From the NCBI GenBank assembly GCA_963740185.1, contig CAVUDH010000001.1:60752-124751 (forward strand): a DNA stretch of 64,000 nt, in the 5' to 3' direction. The stretch is from an uncultured Verrucomicrobiae bacterium. Its GTDB lineage: Bacteria; Verrucomicrobiota; Verrucomicrobiia; Chthoniobacterales; JAATET01. Shown in pieces: positions 34,688 through 45,832 of the stretch; position 1 is the first letter of the stretch, and every line of letters begins with the position of its first letter. The translations under genes were made by a program, and so were the position numbers. Below the pieces are notes generated by a model. It was not told the origin of the DNA, made no database searches, and was given only the letters and a program-made list of their open reading frames with translations.

Positions 34688-34977
34688 CTCGGTTACTGCC
34701 CGCGTCCAGAAAACGCGAACAAGCGTGTTACTTGCCCGACTCCGACAACGTCAACGATTTTAGCGATTTTCAGCGTCCAAAAACCCATTTTCAACGCGTC
34801 GGCGCCAGAGGGGTTTTGATCGCTCGCGGATTGCATTAGTTTTTCTTATACCTCAAGCCGAACCGGGGTCCAGTCACAATCCGCCGAATCTTGGCCAGGC
34901 GACATTGAAAATAGGTCTCGGAACCGTTCGTCCTTGTCGGTTCCGGCTCGCAGCGGAAACTCTTGGGCAATCTTTCC

Positions 34978-37045
34978 ATGAATTCGCCGTCCTCACTGCA
35001 CCGCTTCGTCCCCACGGGTCGCACCTCCCTTTCCCACGCCCGCCCCCTGCCACTCGACCGCTTCCTTTTCGGTGCCTGCTACTACCCGGAGCACTGGGAC
35101 GCGGCGACCCGCGAGGACGACGCCACCCGAATGCGGGCGGCTGGTTTCAACGTCGTTCGAATGGCGGAGTTTGCCTGGGACCTCATTGAACCTGTCGAAG
35201 GCGCATTCGATTTCACCCTGTTCGACGAGACCATCGCCCACCTCGGCGTGCACGGCATCGACACGATCCTCTGCACGCCGACCGCGACACCGCCCCGCTG
35301 GCTCACCGAGCGCCATCCGGAGATCCTGCGGGTCGACGGCGCCGACCGCCCGATGCGCCACGGCTCCCGGCAACACGCCGACCTCGCGCATCCCACGTTC
35401 CGCGAGCACTCCCGCCGGATCACGCGAGCGATGGCCGGGCATTTCGCCGCGAACCCCCACGTGATCGGCTGGCAGACGGACAACGAGTTCTATTGCCACC
35501 TGGACAACGACCACGGGCCGGCGACGCAGGAGGCCTTTCGGGAGTATCTGCGGCGGCTCTACGACGGCGACATCGTTGCGCTCAACCGCGCGTGGGGCAC
35601 CCAATTCTGGGCGCAGACCTACACCGACTTCGAGCAGGTCGAAACCCCACGCCCGATGCGCCCGACCTTTCTCAATCCCGGACACGCCCTCGATTATCAG
35701 CGCGCGCTGAGCTGGATCGCGACGGAATTCCAACACGATCAGGTCGAGCTGCTCCGAGCCGCGAATCCGGATTGGTTCGTGTTTCACAACGGGATCTTCG
35801 GCGGCATCGATTTCCGCGGACCCTTCACCGAGGACCTCGATTTCCTCGGCTACGACGTCTACCCGTTTTTCGAGAAAAACTCCGCGCTCCGCCCCGCCAC
35901 GCACGCATTTAACTGCGACCGCGCCCGCGCCTGGTCCGGCAATTTCCTCGTTCCCGAGCACCAGGCCGGACCCGGTGGCCAGGCACCCTACTTCCACAAC
36001 AATCCCGAGCCGGGCGAGATGCGGAGGATGACCTATGCCACCATCGCACGCGGGGCCGACAGCCTGCTCTACTTCCGCTGGCGCACCTGCCGCACCGGAG
36101 CCGAGCAGTATTGGTGCGGCATCCTCGACCACGACAACGTCCCGCGTCGCCGCTACGACGAGACGAAGCAGGTCGGTGAGGAATTGGCAAAAATCGGACC
36201 CGTCCTCATGGGATCGACCGTCTCGTTCGACGTCGGGATCGCCATGGCCGCCTACGACGTCCGCGAAGCGGATGCGACCTATTCGCAGGGTTTGCCCTCG
36301 AGCCAGAATCTGCGGCGAGGCCGTTCACGGCGAGTTCTGGAAACGGGGTTTCACCGTCGGGTGCTGTCATCCCACGGATCTCCCCGCCGACCTGAAACTC
36401 TACGTGATTCCGCAATGGCTCCTCTTCGATCCGGCGTGGGTCGCGTCGCTGGAACGCTGGGTCCAGGCGGGCGGCACGCTCGTCATCGGTGCCCGGACCG
36501 CCACCCGCGACCTCGAAAATCAGATCATTCCCACCACGCCCCCCGGCTGCCTCGCGTCGCTCGCAGGAGTGACCGTCGTGGAGAGCGGATGCGAAAATGA
36601 CCCCGCTCGCGTCAAACGAATCGTCGGCGATTCGTTCGCCACCGCCGGAGAGCGATGGTACGAAGTCCTGGCTCCCGACGCGGGCGCCGAGACGCTGGCC
36701 AAATGGTCCGGTCGCCACGTCGACGGGCAGCCCGCCATCACTCGCCGACCCGTCGGGCGGGGCCGCGTCGTTTACGTCGGAACCTACCTGACGGCAGGCG
36801 TCGCGAGCGATCTCGTCGAGATGTTGGCCAAACACGCCGGGCTCTCATCCCCAATTCCGAATCTCCCGACCGGCCTCGAGGTCGTCCACCGCAGCACGTC
36901 CGATCACTCGCTGTGGTTCATCCTGAATCCGACGGACGAGCCGCTTCCACTCCCGGACCTCCCGTCCGGCGAACGCCTCGTCGACGACGCGACCGGCAAC
37001 AGCCTCCCCCCCAACGGAGTGATCGTGATCAAAACAACGGGATAG
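34978..37045 (+). CDS. Beta-galactosidase, GH42 (frameshift near 36313)
   Basis: GACYYPEHW, RMAEFAW, CTPTATPPRWL, WQTDNE (acid/base), LNRAWGTQFW, PEHQAG (nucleophile), YFRWR..GAEQYW; no signal peptide evident. Confidence 0.92.
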
Positions 37046-37073
37046 TGTGTCCGAGATTTATCGATGAAAACGG

Positions 37074-37287
37074 CAACGCCAACCGCGTTGAATCCTGCAG
37101 CCCAGAGTTGCCCGTCGCGGGCTACTCTGGGTAGAGCACGATGAGAAAAACTACCCTGAAGGGGTAGTATCAGCGCGACGGGATAGAATCCCTTTGGGAT
37201 ACATGCACGGTATCGGTAGCCCACCCGGGGTAGTCGCTCCTTCGTCGCGACAACCCCGGGCTGGGGGGTGCAACGCCGTTGGCGTAG
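37074..37287. repeat. About 214-bp composite inverted repeat (REPIN/MITE-like) between convergent genes
   Basis: Left caacgccaaccgcgttgaatcctgcagcccagagttg matches the reverse complement of right caaccccgggctggggggtgcaacgccgttggcgtag; internal ccctgaagggg and ccctttggg hairpins. Confidence 0.75.
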
Positions 37288-37370
37288 TGCTTTCACCCGC
37301 GCCCGACGCGCCGTTTAATCACGGACGACCTGAAGAGCCTCAAGTCTCAACCGTCGAGTTGGTCTCGGCC

Positions 37371-40300
37371 TCACGGGGCGAACTGCTGACTCGCCAGCAC
37401 TCGCCACTTGTAAAAGTCATTCAGCGTGTCGTTCGTGGATGTGCTCGTCGCGAAGTCGATGTTCACCGCATCGAGATCCACGTAGCGCTCGATGGTGGTC
37501 GAGCCGCGGTATTCAGCCTCCACGACGCCCGTCGCTTCGTCCCACTGCGCCTGATTGGTACCGGGATTCTTCAGCGCCTGCGCCTTGTAGTGGACCGTGT
37601 AAGTATTCGATTTCGTCGTCAGCCGCGGATAGATGTTCGTGTAAGGCCGCTCACGGAGATTATCACCGGTGAGAAGATGAGAATTCCAAAAGGCGCTGCC
37701 CTGCGCATCGGTGGTCCAATTCTGGCCCTGCGGAACGAGGAACACATCGCAAATTTCGGTCGCGGATCGGAAGATATCCCCATCGTCAAAGCGCTTTTTG
37801 AACTGCCTTAACGTGCCGTTCGCCGCGCTGAGATTCAGACTCTCACGAGGGTTGCGCGAGAGCATGCCGTTCGTATTGACCGCCTTGTATCCACCGAGCG
37901 CATCTGCATTGTCGAGCACCATGACCTGCTCAGCTTTGAGAACTGCGCGCAGGCTGCTATCCCGATTGATGTAGGTAAACGGCATGATTTGGTAATTCAT
38001 ATTCACCTTGCCCGCCGTCGACATTGGCTCACTGATAGGATACGGCTCGACGATCGGCATCCAAAAGAGATCCATCCACAAGTGATCAGCCGGAGCTCCC
38101 GGCAGACTGCTTCCGTCGCCCTGTCGACCCTTCGCCCCCGGGTGCTGACCGCTCGGGTCCGGGCGAAACAACAATGTCTGCCACGGTCGGCTCGTGTTCA
38201 CCCCCGTTGATAGCGATCCAAACATTCCCGCCGAAGGAATTTGACGATTCGGAGTGAAGAATGTCCGGGAGACCGATTGAAATTCCTGACTGTTGTCGAA
38301 ATACGGAGCGGTCGAACCGGGCTCGATGTTCCCCTCATCCGGCTTGTTGATGTAGCCGCCATCGGAATAGTGCGCCAGCCCCGTGTCCCAGTCGCCGGGA
38401 ACGGACGATCCCGAGCCTCCCGCAAACGCGCCATTTAAATGCTTCGGTGCAATCGGCACACCATCAGCCTTGTAGGTCAGCCCCTCGACCAACCGGCCAC
38501 TCGTGCGTCCAGCAAACGGACGAAACGCCACTCCTGCGACCAACCCGTGCGCAAAGTGACTCGTCGACGTCCAATCTTCGTGAGGAACGTAAGCCGAGGC
38601 TGGAACGTTTCTCCCGGATACAATCCGGGGGTCACCCCCTGCCAATACCATGCTCCGCACGACATCCTCTTGATGCAGTTGTCCCATCGTGCCGTCCACC
38701 GGCCCCGTATCGAACCGATCAAACGGCGCGACTGACGGACTTCTCCCATCCTGACGAAACTCAGTGCCCACCAAGCGCCCGTTTGCCGGACTGAGACCGG
38801 GAACGGGCAAGGTGGTCGGCCCCACCGGAATCTCCATCTCGATCGTTTGAACCAAACGGTTAGAATCGATCATCGGCGGGATGGCCTCTTCCTGCCCGGA
38901 ATAGATCCGAATCGTGATGCGACCACCTTCGAAACTCATCGTCTCGCCAGTGTTATTCGGGATGTCGAAGATTTTACTGAAAAACGGAAAACGCGACTCC
39001 TCGGTCTCTTCGTAGCTCAACGTCTTAGGCAAACTGGCGTTGCTCGTCGCACCCTGCGTGCGATCCGCCACCATCGATCGCCAATCGACGGTGCCACCGA
39101 CCATGCGCCCGTGGAAGAGATCGTTGTTGGATACCCAAACGCTCCCACGCGCCGGGAATCCCATCGATTCCGCCGGAAGGCCGGCCCCTCCCAGGCGAAA
39201 TGAGTCTAGCCCTTCGATCTCGACCAGAAAATCGGAGTTGTAATCGCTCCACCCCATCGCCGGGACGAAGAACTGGAGCACAAAGATCGCGAGCACCTGA
39301 GTCGTGTTCTGAGGCTGCGTCGCGTTGTCGTATCCCGCAAAATCGGGTGCCGTCGCCGTTCCGATTGCCTGCCGCTGGCCGGACGCCACCCCGACCGGCG
39401 AAGCTCCCCCGTCGTTTTTTCCGACGCCGACGAACATGATCGACGCCTCGCTGACCAAGGGAAAACGTCCGAAACCTTTGGTTTCGGAAGGTCCTCCGCC
39501 CGAATTCGACGGGATTCGAATCGGCACGACCTGACCGTTTCCGGGAATTGTGTAGATGCTTCCGCGCCTGGCTTGATTGGTCCCCCCATAGGGCTGACTC
39601 ACCGTCGTATCGCGCAGGTTGGTGATCCGAATGTAATCGAACATCTCGGTGAGAATCTGATTGCGATCCAGCGGGTATTTATTGGCAAACGACCCGCCGA
39701 ACCCTGGTATCTGCCGACCGGATAGACCCTGCAGATAGGCGTAAAGATCCCGATTGCGTGCGATCTCGGCGTAGTCCGCAGTCGCGCTTCGGCGGTCTTT
39801 TCGCTGGAAGAAATACGGCTCTCCGTCGAGCGTTGAAACGAACGCCAGTAATCGATCCGTTGCATTGCGAGTAGCGTCGCTATCGGTCGCGTGAATGGGC
39901 CACATCGCGATCCGCGGCAGGTTGAAGAGATTCACCTCCGGCGCGCGGCTATTCGCCGTCAGGAAGAACTTTGCGGATTCGAGATCAGCCTTGTCGAGAT
40001 TGGGCCCGCTTCCCCCAGAGTTACGCTCAACGTTGAAGAGCAATTCGTCGACTGAAGCGTAGAGCCGGTCTCCGTCGAGAGTCAGACTGTCTGAGATCTG
40101 CGAGATATTGCTCGGAGTGGTCTCCGATTCTGATTCGGCCCCGTTGGAAACTTGCACGTTCGATCCGCCCGCCTGCACGCGCGGCGCGATACTGTAAATA
40201 CTGTCGAATGTCAGAGGTGAAGACTTCGCTGGTAACACCGCACTCAGGCTAGTCATTGCGGGATGCCCCGGGTAGCGTTGAAACTCATTCCTGGCCGGTT

Positions 40301-41117
40301 GATAAGTTGCGAGATCGCGATCGTATCGGCTCTGGACCCGCGGCGTATCCCAATACGCGCCCTCGCTGGCGGTATTGATGTTCACCTTGGAGGTATCATC
40401 GTCGGTCCAAAAAGCGATTCGACCGACGATCGAGTTGTTCTCATCCGCAGTCGGCACATCCGCCACGGTTCCCGAGCCCGTGGCGGCTTGGAAGCTGCCG
40501 TCCTCCAACACGTAGAGCCACTCGACTGGCATGGGCGCGCTTTGATCGGGCGTGGTCGGAGCACCATCAATCGTGAATTGATCAATGGCACCCTCCGACG
40601 CCAAACCCTCGGAGGGAGTCGTGTCGATCGCGGCGGGATCGAGAATGGGGTAGGCCTCCTCGTCGACACCATCGACGGGCACAACGACTGGAGCGTTCAA
40701 GTCCGTCCATCGCGCGGTATCAACCGTCCAATCCGCAATCTTCGCGACTTCAGCCGCCGGATCGATCGTCGTCCCGATCATCGCGGGTGCGGAATACAAC
40801 TTGAACGCTTCCTTCAGGTTGCCCGAATTATCGAAGGTCCGGATCATTCCCGGCTGCGAAGCCCACGCGACGTCCTGTCCCTGCAGAGTTGCGAGGTTAA
40901 TCTGCGACTGCACCAGACCGACGGCGGATTCGGACAACTGCCGCGCGGAGATGAGCGAGCTGTATCCCGCCGCGGCGGATCGTTCGGTCGTCGCTCGATT
41001 CAAGAACGCAATCGCCAGCGCGACCACGAGCACGAGCACGGACAGGACGATGACGAGGGCAAAACCCGCATCGCGGCTCCTGCCAGCGGGAGATTTTTGG
41101 GGGACACGGATTTTCAT
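37371..41117 (-). CDS. Verru_Chthon cassette protein A (large PilX-like protein, about 1250 aa)
   Basis: Prepilin-like GFALVIVLSVL; WASQPGMIR, RIAFWTDDDTSKVNINTASEG, QPARNEFQRYPGHPAMTSLS, DLFWMPIVEPYPISEPMSTAGKVNMN, LTGDNLRERPYTNIYPRLTTKSNT. Confidence 0.9.
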   Translation of the reverse strand: MKIRVPQKSPAGRSRDAGFALVIVLSVLVLVVALAIAFLNRATTERSAAAGYSSLISARQLSESAVGLVQSQINLATLQGQDVAWASQPGMIRTFDNSGNLKEAFKLYSAPAMIGTTIDPAAEVAKIADWTVDTARWTDLNAPVVVPVDGVDEEAYPILDPAAIDTTPSEGLASEGAIDQFTIDGAPTTPDQSAPMPVEWLYVLEDGSFQAATGSGTVADVPTADENNSIVGRIAFWTDDDTSKVNINTASEGAYWDTPRVQSRYDRDLATYQPARNEFQRYPGHPAMTSLSAVLPAKSSPLTFDSIYSIAPRVQAGGSNVQVSNGAESESETTPSNISQISDSLTLDGDRLYASVDELLFNVERNSGGSGPNLDKADLESAKFFLTANSRAPEVNLFNLPRIAMWPIHATDSDATRNATDRLLAFVSTLDGEPYFFQRKDRRSATADYAEIARNRDLYAYLQGLSGRQIPGFGGSFANKYPLDRNQILTEMFDYIRITNLRDTTVSQPYGGTNQARRGSIYTIPGNGQVVPIRIPSNSGGGPSETKGFGRFPLVSEASIMFVGVGKNDGGASPVGVASGQRQAIGTATAPDFAGYDNATQPQNTTQVLAIFVLQFFVPAMGWSDYNSDFLVEIEGLDSFRLGGAGLPAESMGFPARGSVWVSNNDLFHGRMVGGTVDWRSMVADRTQGATSNASLPKTLSYEETEESRFPFFSKIFDIPNNTGETMSFEGGRITIRIYSGQEEAIPPMIDSNRLVQTIEMEIPVGPTTLPVPGLSPANGRLVGTEFRQDGRSPSVAPFDRFDTGPVDGTMGQLHQEDVVRSMVLAGGDPRIVSGRNVPASAYVPHEDWTSTSHFAHGLVAGVAFRPFAGRTSGRLVEGLTYKADGVPIAPKHLNGAFAGGSGSSVPGDWDTGLAHYSDGGYINKPDEGNIEPGSTAPYFDNSQEFQSVSRTFFTPNRQIPSAGMFGSLSTGVNTSRPWQTLLFRPDPSGQHPGAKGRQGDGSSLPGAPADHLWMDLFWMPIVEPYPISEPMSTAGKVNMNYQIMPFTYINRDSSLRAVLKAEQVMVLDNADALGGYKAVNTNGMLSRNPRESLNLSAANGTLRQFKKRFDDGDIFRSATEICDVFLVPQGQNWTTDAQGSAFWNSHLLTGDNLRERPYTNIYPRLTTKSNTYTVHYKAQALKNPGTNQAQWDEATGVVEAEYRGSTTIERYVDLDAVNIDFATSTSTNDTLNDFYKWRVLASQQFAP

Positions 41118-41712
41118 CAGAGCGATGGTCGGTAGGTCAGCACCTTCCCGGTGATGGGGTTGATTTGGAGGGTGTAGTAATTTTGGGGAGGACTCGCCGT
41201 GTCGGTCGCCGCCTGAACGGTCATCCAATTCGAGTTCTTCATCGATCCATCGAGCTGCCCGGTCGCCCGGAATCGGAAACGCGGCGAACTTCAGCACTCC
41301 CGTCGGCTCCCGAAGTCCATCGTTCCCGTCTCGGTCGCGTCGCTCCAACAGCGGCGAGAGCGTCGTCCCGGGGCTGATGTAAATTGCCCCGGGGAACTTC
41401 ATCAATTTCCCGACGACGCCCTTGCCATCCGGCGCCGGGTCCTTGCTCCAGACCTGCACCGCGCGCCACTGCGGCGGTGGCGTCGGCACCGTCGGTAAAT
41501 TTGAAAAACCGAACGTAAACGTCCCGGTTCTTCGAGACCGCCTCCTGCCGCGCGAGCACGAAGGCGTCACTGATCATCTGACCGGCCCGCGAGACGCCGG
41601 AGCCGGCCAGCACGCTGTTCAGCGCCGGCACCGCGACGGCCATCAGCACGACGATCACCGCCGTCACGACCAGCAATTCGACGAGGGAAAACGCCCGGGA
41701 CTCCGTCTTCAT
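41117..41712 (-). CDS. Verru_Chthon cassette protein D (FimT/GspH-like pilin; several frameshifts)
   Basis: AFSLVELLVV prepilin motif, LARQEAVSKNRDVYVRF, C-terminus NYYTLQINPITGKVLTYRPSL; stop overlaps the A start (TGATG). Confidence 0.8.
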
Positions 41713-42766
41713 TCCGCGCTCCATTTACTCGCTCGAATCGGCACCGCGCTCGAGAAGACTCGGTATTCGAATCGGCGGCGTCACGTTGTTCAACGCGACC
41801 TTCAGCGCATCAAGATCGTCCTCGTATTGGGCCGGTGTCGTGAATTTCCCCGCGAAGGCCTGCGTGATCTGGCTGGGCTCCGAGCTCGAACTCTCCCGCC
41901 AACCGATCCGCGGACGCCTCGTCGATGGCGATCATCGTCACGAGGACCACGGGAGGCAGTTGATTCGCCTGAGCGGGCTGGGGATTATCACCCACGTTCG
42001 CGGTCGATTCGTAGGAGTAGGCGCGATCCGAGATACTCGGATTGGAGGCGTTCGGGTACTGCGCGAGCAGGATCAGCGCGAGGATGTTCTCCGACGCCAC
42101 CTCGGCGTCGTCGATGTGATCCGAATACCAACCCTGACCCGGTCGTCCCGTAGATCGTATTGTCCTCCGTCGGCACAATCATCTGCATCAGCCGGTAACG
42201 GTAGCGCTGATCGCCCTGGGTATCCCTCACGTGCGGCCGGGAGCTTCAGCGCATTCTCCGCCCGGTCAAACTGGACGAAATACCCACACGCATTGAGCAA
42301 AGTGGACATCCCACCGTAATTGGTTTCGTCCGATGTCTGGCTGACCGGTGCCTGGAAGAAGATCGCCTGACCAAAGTCCGAAGCGTTCGGGAATCGCAAA
42401 ATCGCCGTTTGGACCGATCTGAAAACTCAATTCCGACTGCCGCCCGTAGCGATCAGGGGTGAAACTTTCGAGTGCGCTGGAGTTGCTGGCCCGCTGGTAA
42501 GCCGCCATCGAACTCCCACCCGAATCGAAGTAATCGTAGTAAACGTTCAGCGTCGCCTGACTCAGCGTGCGGGTGATGAGTTGGAACGCATTCCGCGCGT
42601 CCTGGAAGGCTTCGATCTTTGCCGTGCTGCGACGCCAGATGCGCGAGGTGTCCTCGATCACCGAAAACACGAGCACCATGAGGACGCTCAAGACGGCGAT
42701 CGCCACCAGAATCTCGATCAGCGTGAATCCCCGCCGACCTCGCCGCTCATGTCCGCCGGTGATCAT
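41709..42766 (-). CDS. Verru_Chthon cassette protein C (PilW/GspJ-like pilin; several frameshifts)
   Basis: GFTLIEILVAIAVL, AFQDARNAF, LSQATLNVYYDY, YGRQSEL, AIFFQAP, LLNACGYFV, NQLPPVV..TMIAIDEASA, YRVFSSAVPIRASKWS. Confidence 0.82.
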
Positions 42767-42788
42767 ATCGATTCTAGCCTTCGTCTCG

Positions 42789-43284
42789 CTAACTCCCAGC
42801 GGCGACGGGAATGCTAAAGGTTCCCGAAGTCTCGTTTTCCGCCCCGTCGACACTGGACGTTCGCGACCTCGACCTCGATCACCTTCACGTTGCTGGCCAA
42901 AGCCAAGCCCTGGGCCGACGCCATTTGCGATCCCGGAAAGACGATATCTTCGACCGAGGTCGTGACCCGGTAACGGGTGAAGTGCCCCTTCCCGGTCCTG
43001 CAACTGGCCTTCGTCGTCGAAGTAAAGATTCGCGCCGTCGTATTTCGCGTCGAGCTCGGCGAAGGGCGTCAGCGCCGCTTCGCTCGAGATCCGGTGACTG
43101 ATCATGCTCTGCGCGGTGTCGTCCATCGCGTCGCGCATCGTCGTGAGCCCGACCGGGATCAAACCGACCGCAGCCACGAGCCCAAACGACGCGATCCCCA
43201 GTGCCAGGGTGACTTCCACCAGACTAAACGCCCGGAGGCTGCGCAATCCGACTGGATCGGACGTTGGATGGAGCTTGATTTCAT
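42789..43284 (-). CDS. Verru_Chthon cassette protein B (PilV/GspI-like pilin; frameshifts)
   Basis: RAFSLVEVTLALGIASFGLVAAVGLIPVGL, YFDDEGQ. Probable ATG at 43284 with a lost A in a homopolymer, or TTG at 43246. Confidence 0.8.
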
Positions 43285-43314
43285 ATTTCGCGGCTTCATT
43301 GGTGTCGCTCGTAG

Positions 43315-43330
43315 TGCAACATCCGTGCCA
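43315..43330 (-). promoter_or_regulatory. Sigma-54 (-24/-12) promoter of the pilin-like cassette
   Basis: Minus strand reads TGGCAC-GGATG-TTGCA, an exact TGGCAC-N5-TTGC consensus about 30 bp upstream of gene B. Confidence 0.8.
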
Positions 43331-43381
43331 GTTGCATTACGCGCAAGTCCTCGGGCTATTTGCAAAATCTTCGCTTTCATC

Positions 43382-44461
43382 TTATCGCTTCCGGTAGACG
43401 CGGACGTAATCGACGAACGCCTGTGACATGACTCGGGTGTCGTCGTTTCGGAAATCTTTGGCCCGGAAGAGCGGCCATCGCCCTGATTCGGATCCCAGGC
43501 GTTGGGTTGAAATTCCAATCGTCAGCATCATCATCATGTCGACCGGATCCGTCGGAATGTTCTCGGTGAACGTGTAATAGACCTGACCGTCGACCGAGCA
43601 CTCCATCGAAGTCGGCGACCAATGGAGCGCGTAGGTGTGAAACTCCGGGTCCGTCACGTCGACGAACGACGTCGACGGAGGCATGGTCCCCGCGCTGAAT
43701 TGTTTCGATTCGGACGAGCCCCAGTGATTCGCGACGTTAAAGCTCTTGTTCATGTACTTCGGCGCACCCTTTGCGATTTCGATCACATCCACTTCGGTGC
43801 CATCGGTAGGATTCCCGTTGTAGGCACGCGTCTCGGTGAAGAGCCAGAATGCGAACCACGTTGAATGACCCGACCACCTGGTCGCTCCGCACCCGCGCCG
43901 TAATGTAGAGATCGCCGCCCCGCGGGCTGACAAACTTCCCTTCGCCCGGTTCCCATTTCACTCCGGTTGGCTCCGACTTAACCCAACGATCCGGATACCC
44001 CGAGACGAGATAGGCCGCCTTCCCGGCTCGCCATGCGCGTTTGTCGGCCCGACTTGTCGGTCACGATGCGCGATCAGCAAGATTTCCATCCCCGTCCCGC
44101 CAGTGGTTCCCGGTCTTGGAACTGAACATCTGCGCCGTATTCGGATCACTCCCGTCGGACCAGCGAAGACCCTTCTCGGTCTTTTCGCGAAAATCCGTCG
44201 GCGTGTAACCTAGAAACGGATACCACTGAGTAATCTTCGGATCGGTCTCGTCACCGGTGATCGCCCTCGAATTCATCCGACCACTCAAGCACCCAATCGC
44301 CGTCGGGTAGATAATCCGTCTCCACCGCCTCACCCACGATCTCATTCTGCTCCCCGACGGTCGCCGTCGAGGAGACCTCGGACTGAGCACCTGCCACCCC
44401 GACTACGAGTGCGAACATGCGGTCCGGACGGAGAATGCCGCGAGTCAGGAGACAGGTTCAT
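43382..44461 (-). CDS. Secreted glycoside hydrolase family 16 (multiple frameshifts)
   Basis: Signal-like N-terminus; WVLEWSDEFEG, WFAFWL, GTEVDVIE (ExDxxE), FHTYALHW, SVDGQ, FVDYVRVY. Confidence 0.78.
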
Positions 44462-44546
44462 AAGTATTTCAGGGGGGGGTGACAGACGGCGACCTTCAGG
44501 GTGCAGCGTGACGTCGGTCGGAAGAATTCTCCCATCCCACCCATTC

Positions 44547-44574
44547 TGCAACGTCAATCTAATGTTGCAAATAC
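44547..44574. promoter_or_regulatory. Candidate operator in the GH16/GntR divergent region
   Basis: tgcaac-N11-gttgcaaatac; the right half is the exact reverse complement of gtatttgcaaca at 48736-48747. Confidence 0.55.
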
Positions 44575-44599
44575 TCACCCTCGGTTTCACGTTGCGCGC

Positions 44600-45649
44600 A
44601 TGCCGCGAAAGCCGACCATCTACGTGAAACATGCTCGTGCCGGGATTCTCGAACTGCTCGAGACCAACCCGAAAAGCGAACCCCTCCCCACCCTCCGCGA
44701 GCTCGGCGAGCAGTTCACGATCCACCCCTCGACCATCTTTCGACTCCTGCGGGATCTCGAGACCGAGGGCGTCGTGTGGCAGGGTCCCAGCGGTCGATTT
44801 TTTCACTCCAGCGCCCGCCGGAAGACCCTCCGCCGCGCGCCCGGTCTGCTTCATCGGACGCGAAATGTGGCAATGGAGTCAGCTCTACCAGGAAATCCTG
44901 GAAGGCGTCGCGGAAGTCTGCTCGGCCAACGGGAGCCCGCTGATCTTTCTGTCGGCACCCACCCTCGTTCAGGTCCCGGTCACCCTGCAGCCACCGGTCT
45001 TCGCCACCCCCCACGGCCAGAAGCGCGAGCTCCAGCGCCTCCTGCCTTCCGTCCCGCGCGGCTGCGCCGGCCTGCTGTTCGATCACCTGTGGAGTGATTC
45101 CACCCTCAAAGCCGCTTCCCTTCCCCAACGGCGAGATGGTCCAGCTCCTCCATGGATCCGGGAAAAACGCCGAAGTCCTGATGCCGAATTACGACGCCGG
45201 TGCGGACATGGTCGCGCACTACGTCGAGACGAGGAAGTTTGACCTCCTCTACCTCGTGACTCCGTTTCAGGGCGAACCCGCCATCGCCGCCATGCTCGAC
45301 TCGGCTGCGCTCCACCCTCGCCCATTTCGACGTGCGGGAGATCGATTTCCAAGACCGCGAGACCCTCACCCAGATCATCGACGGCACCCACGGACACGTC
45401 GGCGTCGTCTGCCCCGAAGACTTCACCGCCTGCGGAATCGCCGACATGGTCGCGCGATCCGCCAAGTCCTGCGACCAGCACCTCACCGAGATCGTCGCGA
45501 CTCAAGGCACCGGCGTCGTCACGGCACCGCACTCCCGTCTTCGCTTTGACTACCGACGACTCGGCCGCGCCGCCGCTTCCCACATTCTCCACGGCACCAA
45601 TTACAAACCCATGCGCCCCAGCTTCGTCACCTCCCTCGAAGACGACTGA
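44600..45649 (+). CDS. GntR-type wHTH regulator with a LacI-like sugar-binding C-terminal domain (frameshifts)
   Basis: LPTLRELGEQFTIHPSTIFRLLRDLETEGVV..GPSGRFF; YQEILEGV..., VVCPEDFTA, FDYRRLGRAAASHIL. Confidence 0.75.
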
Positions 45650-45679
45650 CGCTGGAAGCCGGAGCCCCGGGCCCCAAGT

Positions 45680-45727
45680 CTCCTCACGTCGACCACTACA
45701 CCCGTGGAAGCGGAGGTCACGACGCTC
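45680..45727. repeat. GTAG-footed REP-like pair
   Basis: ctcctcacgtcgaccactac plus gtggaagcggaggtcacgacgctc; same units as 2948-3007. Confidence 0.65.
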
Positions 45728-45832
45728 GACCCGACCGCCGCCACGCCAGCAGATCGAATCGAGTCCGCGATCCCTCTATTTGCATCATCTCCGAATGTTG
45801 CCGGTTCACCCACTCTCCCCCACCCTGATTTG

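Noticed and set aside
37371-41570. 1399-aa version of cassette protein A
   Set aside because: The first 151 codons are frameshifted pieces of gene D. A starts at 41117 with its own prepilin-like motif.
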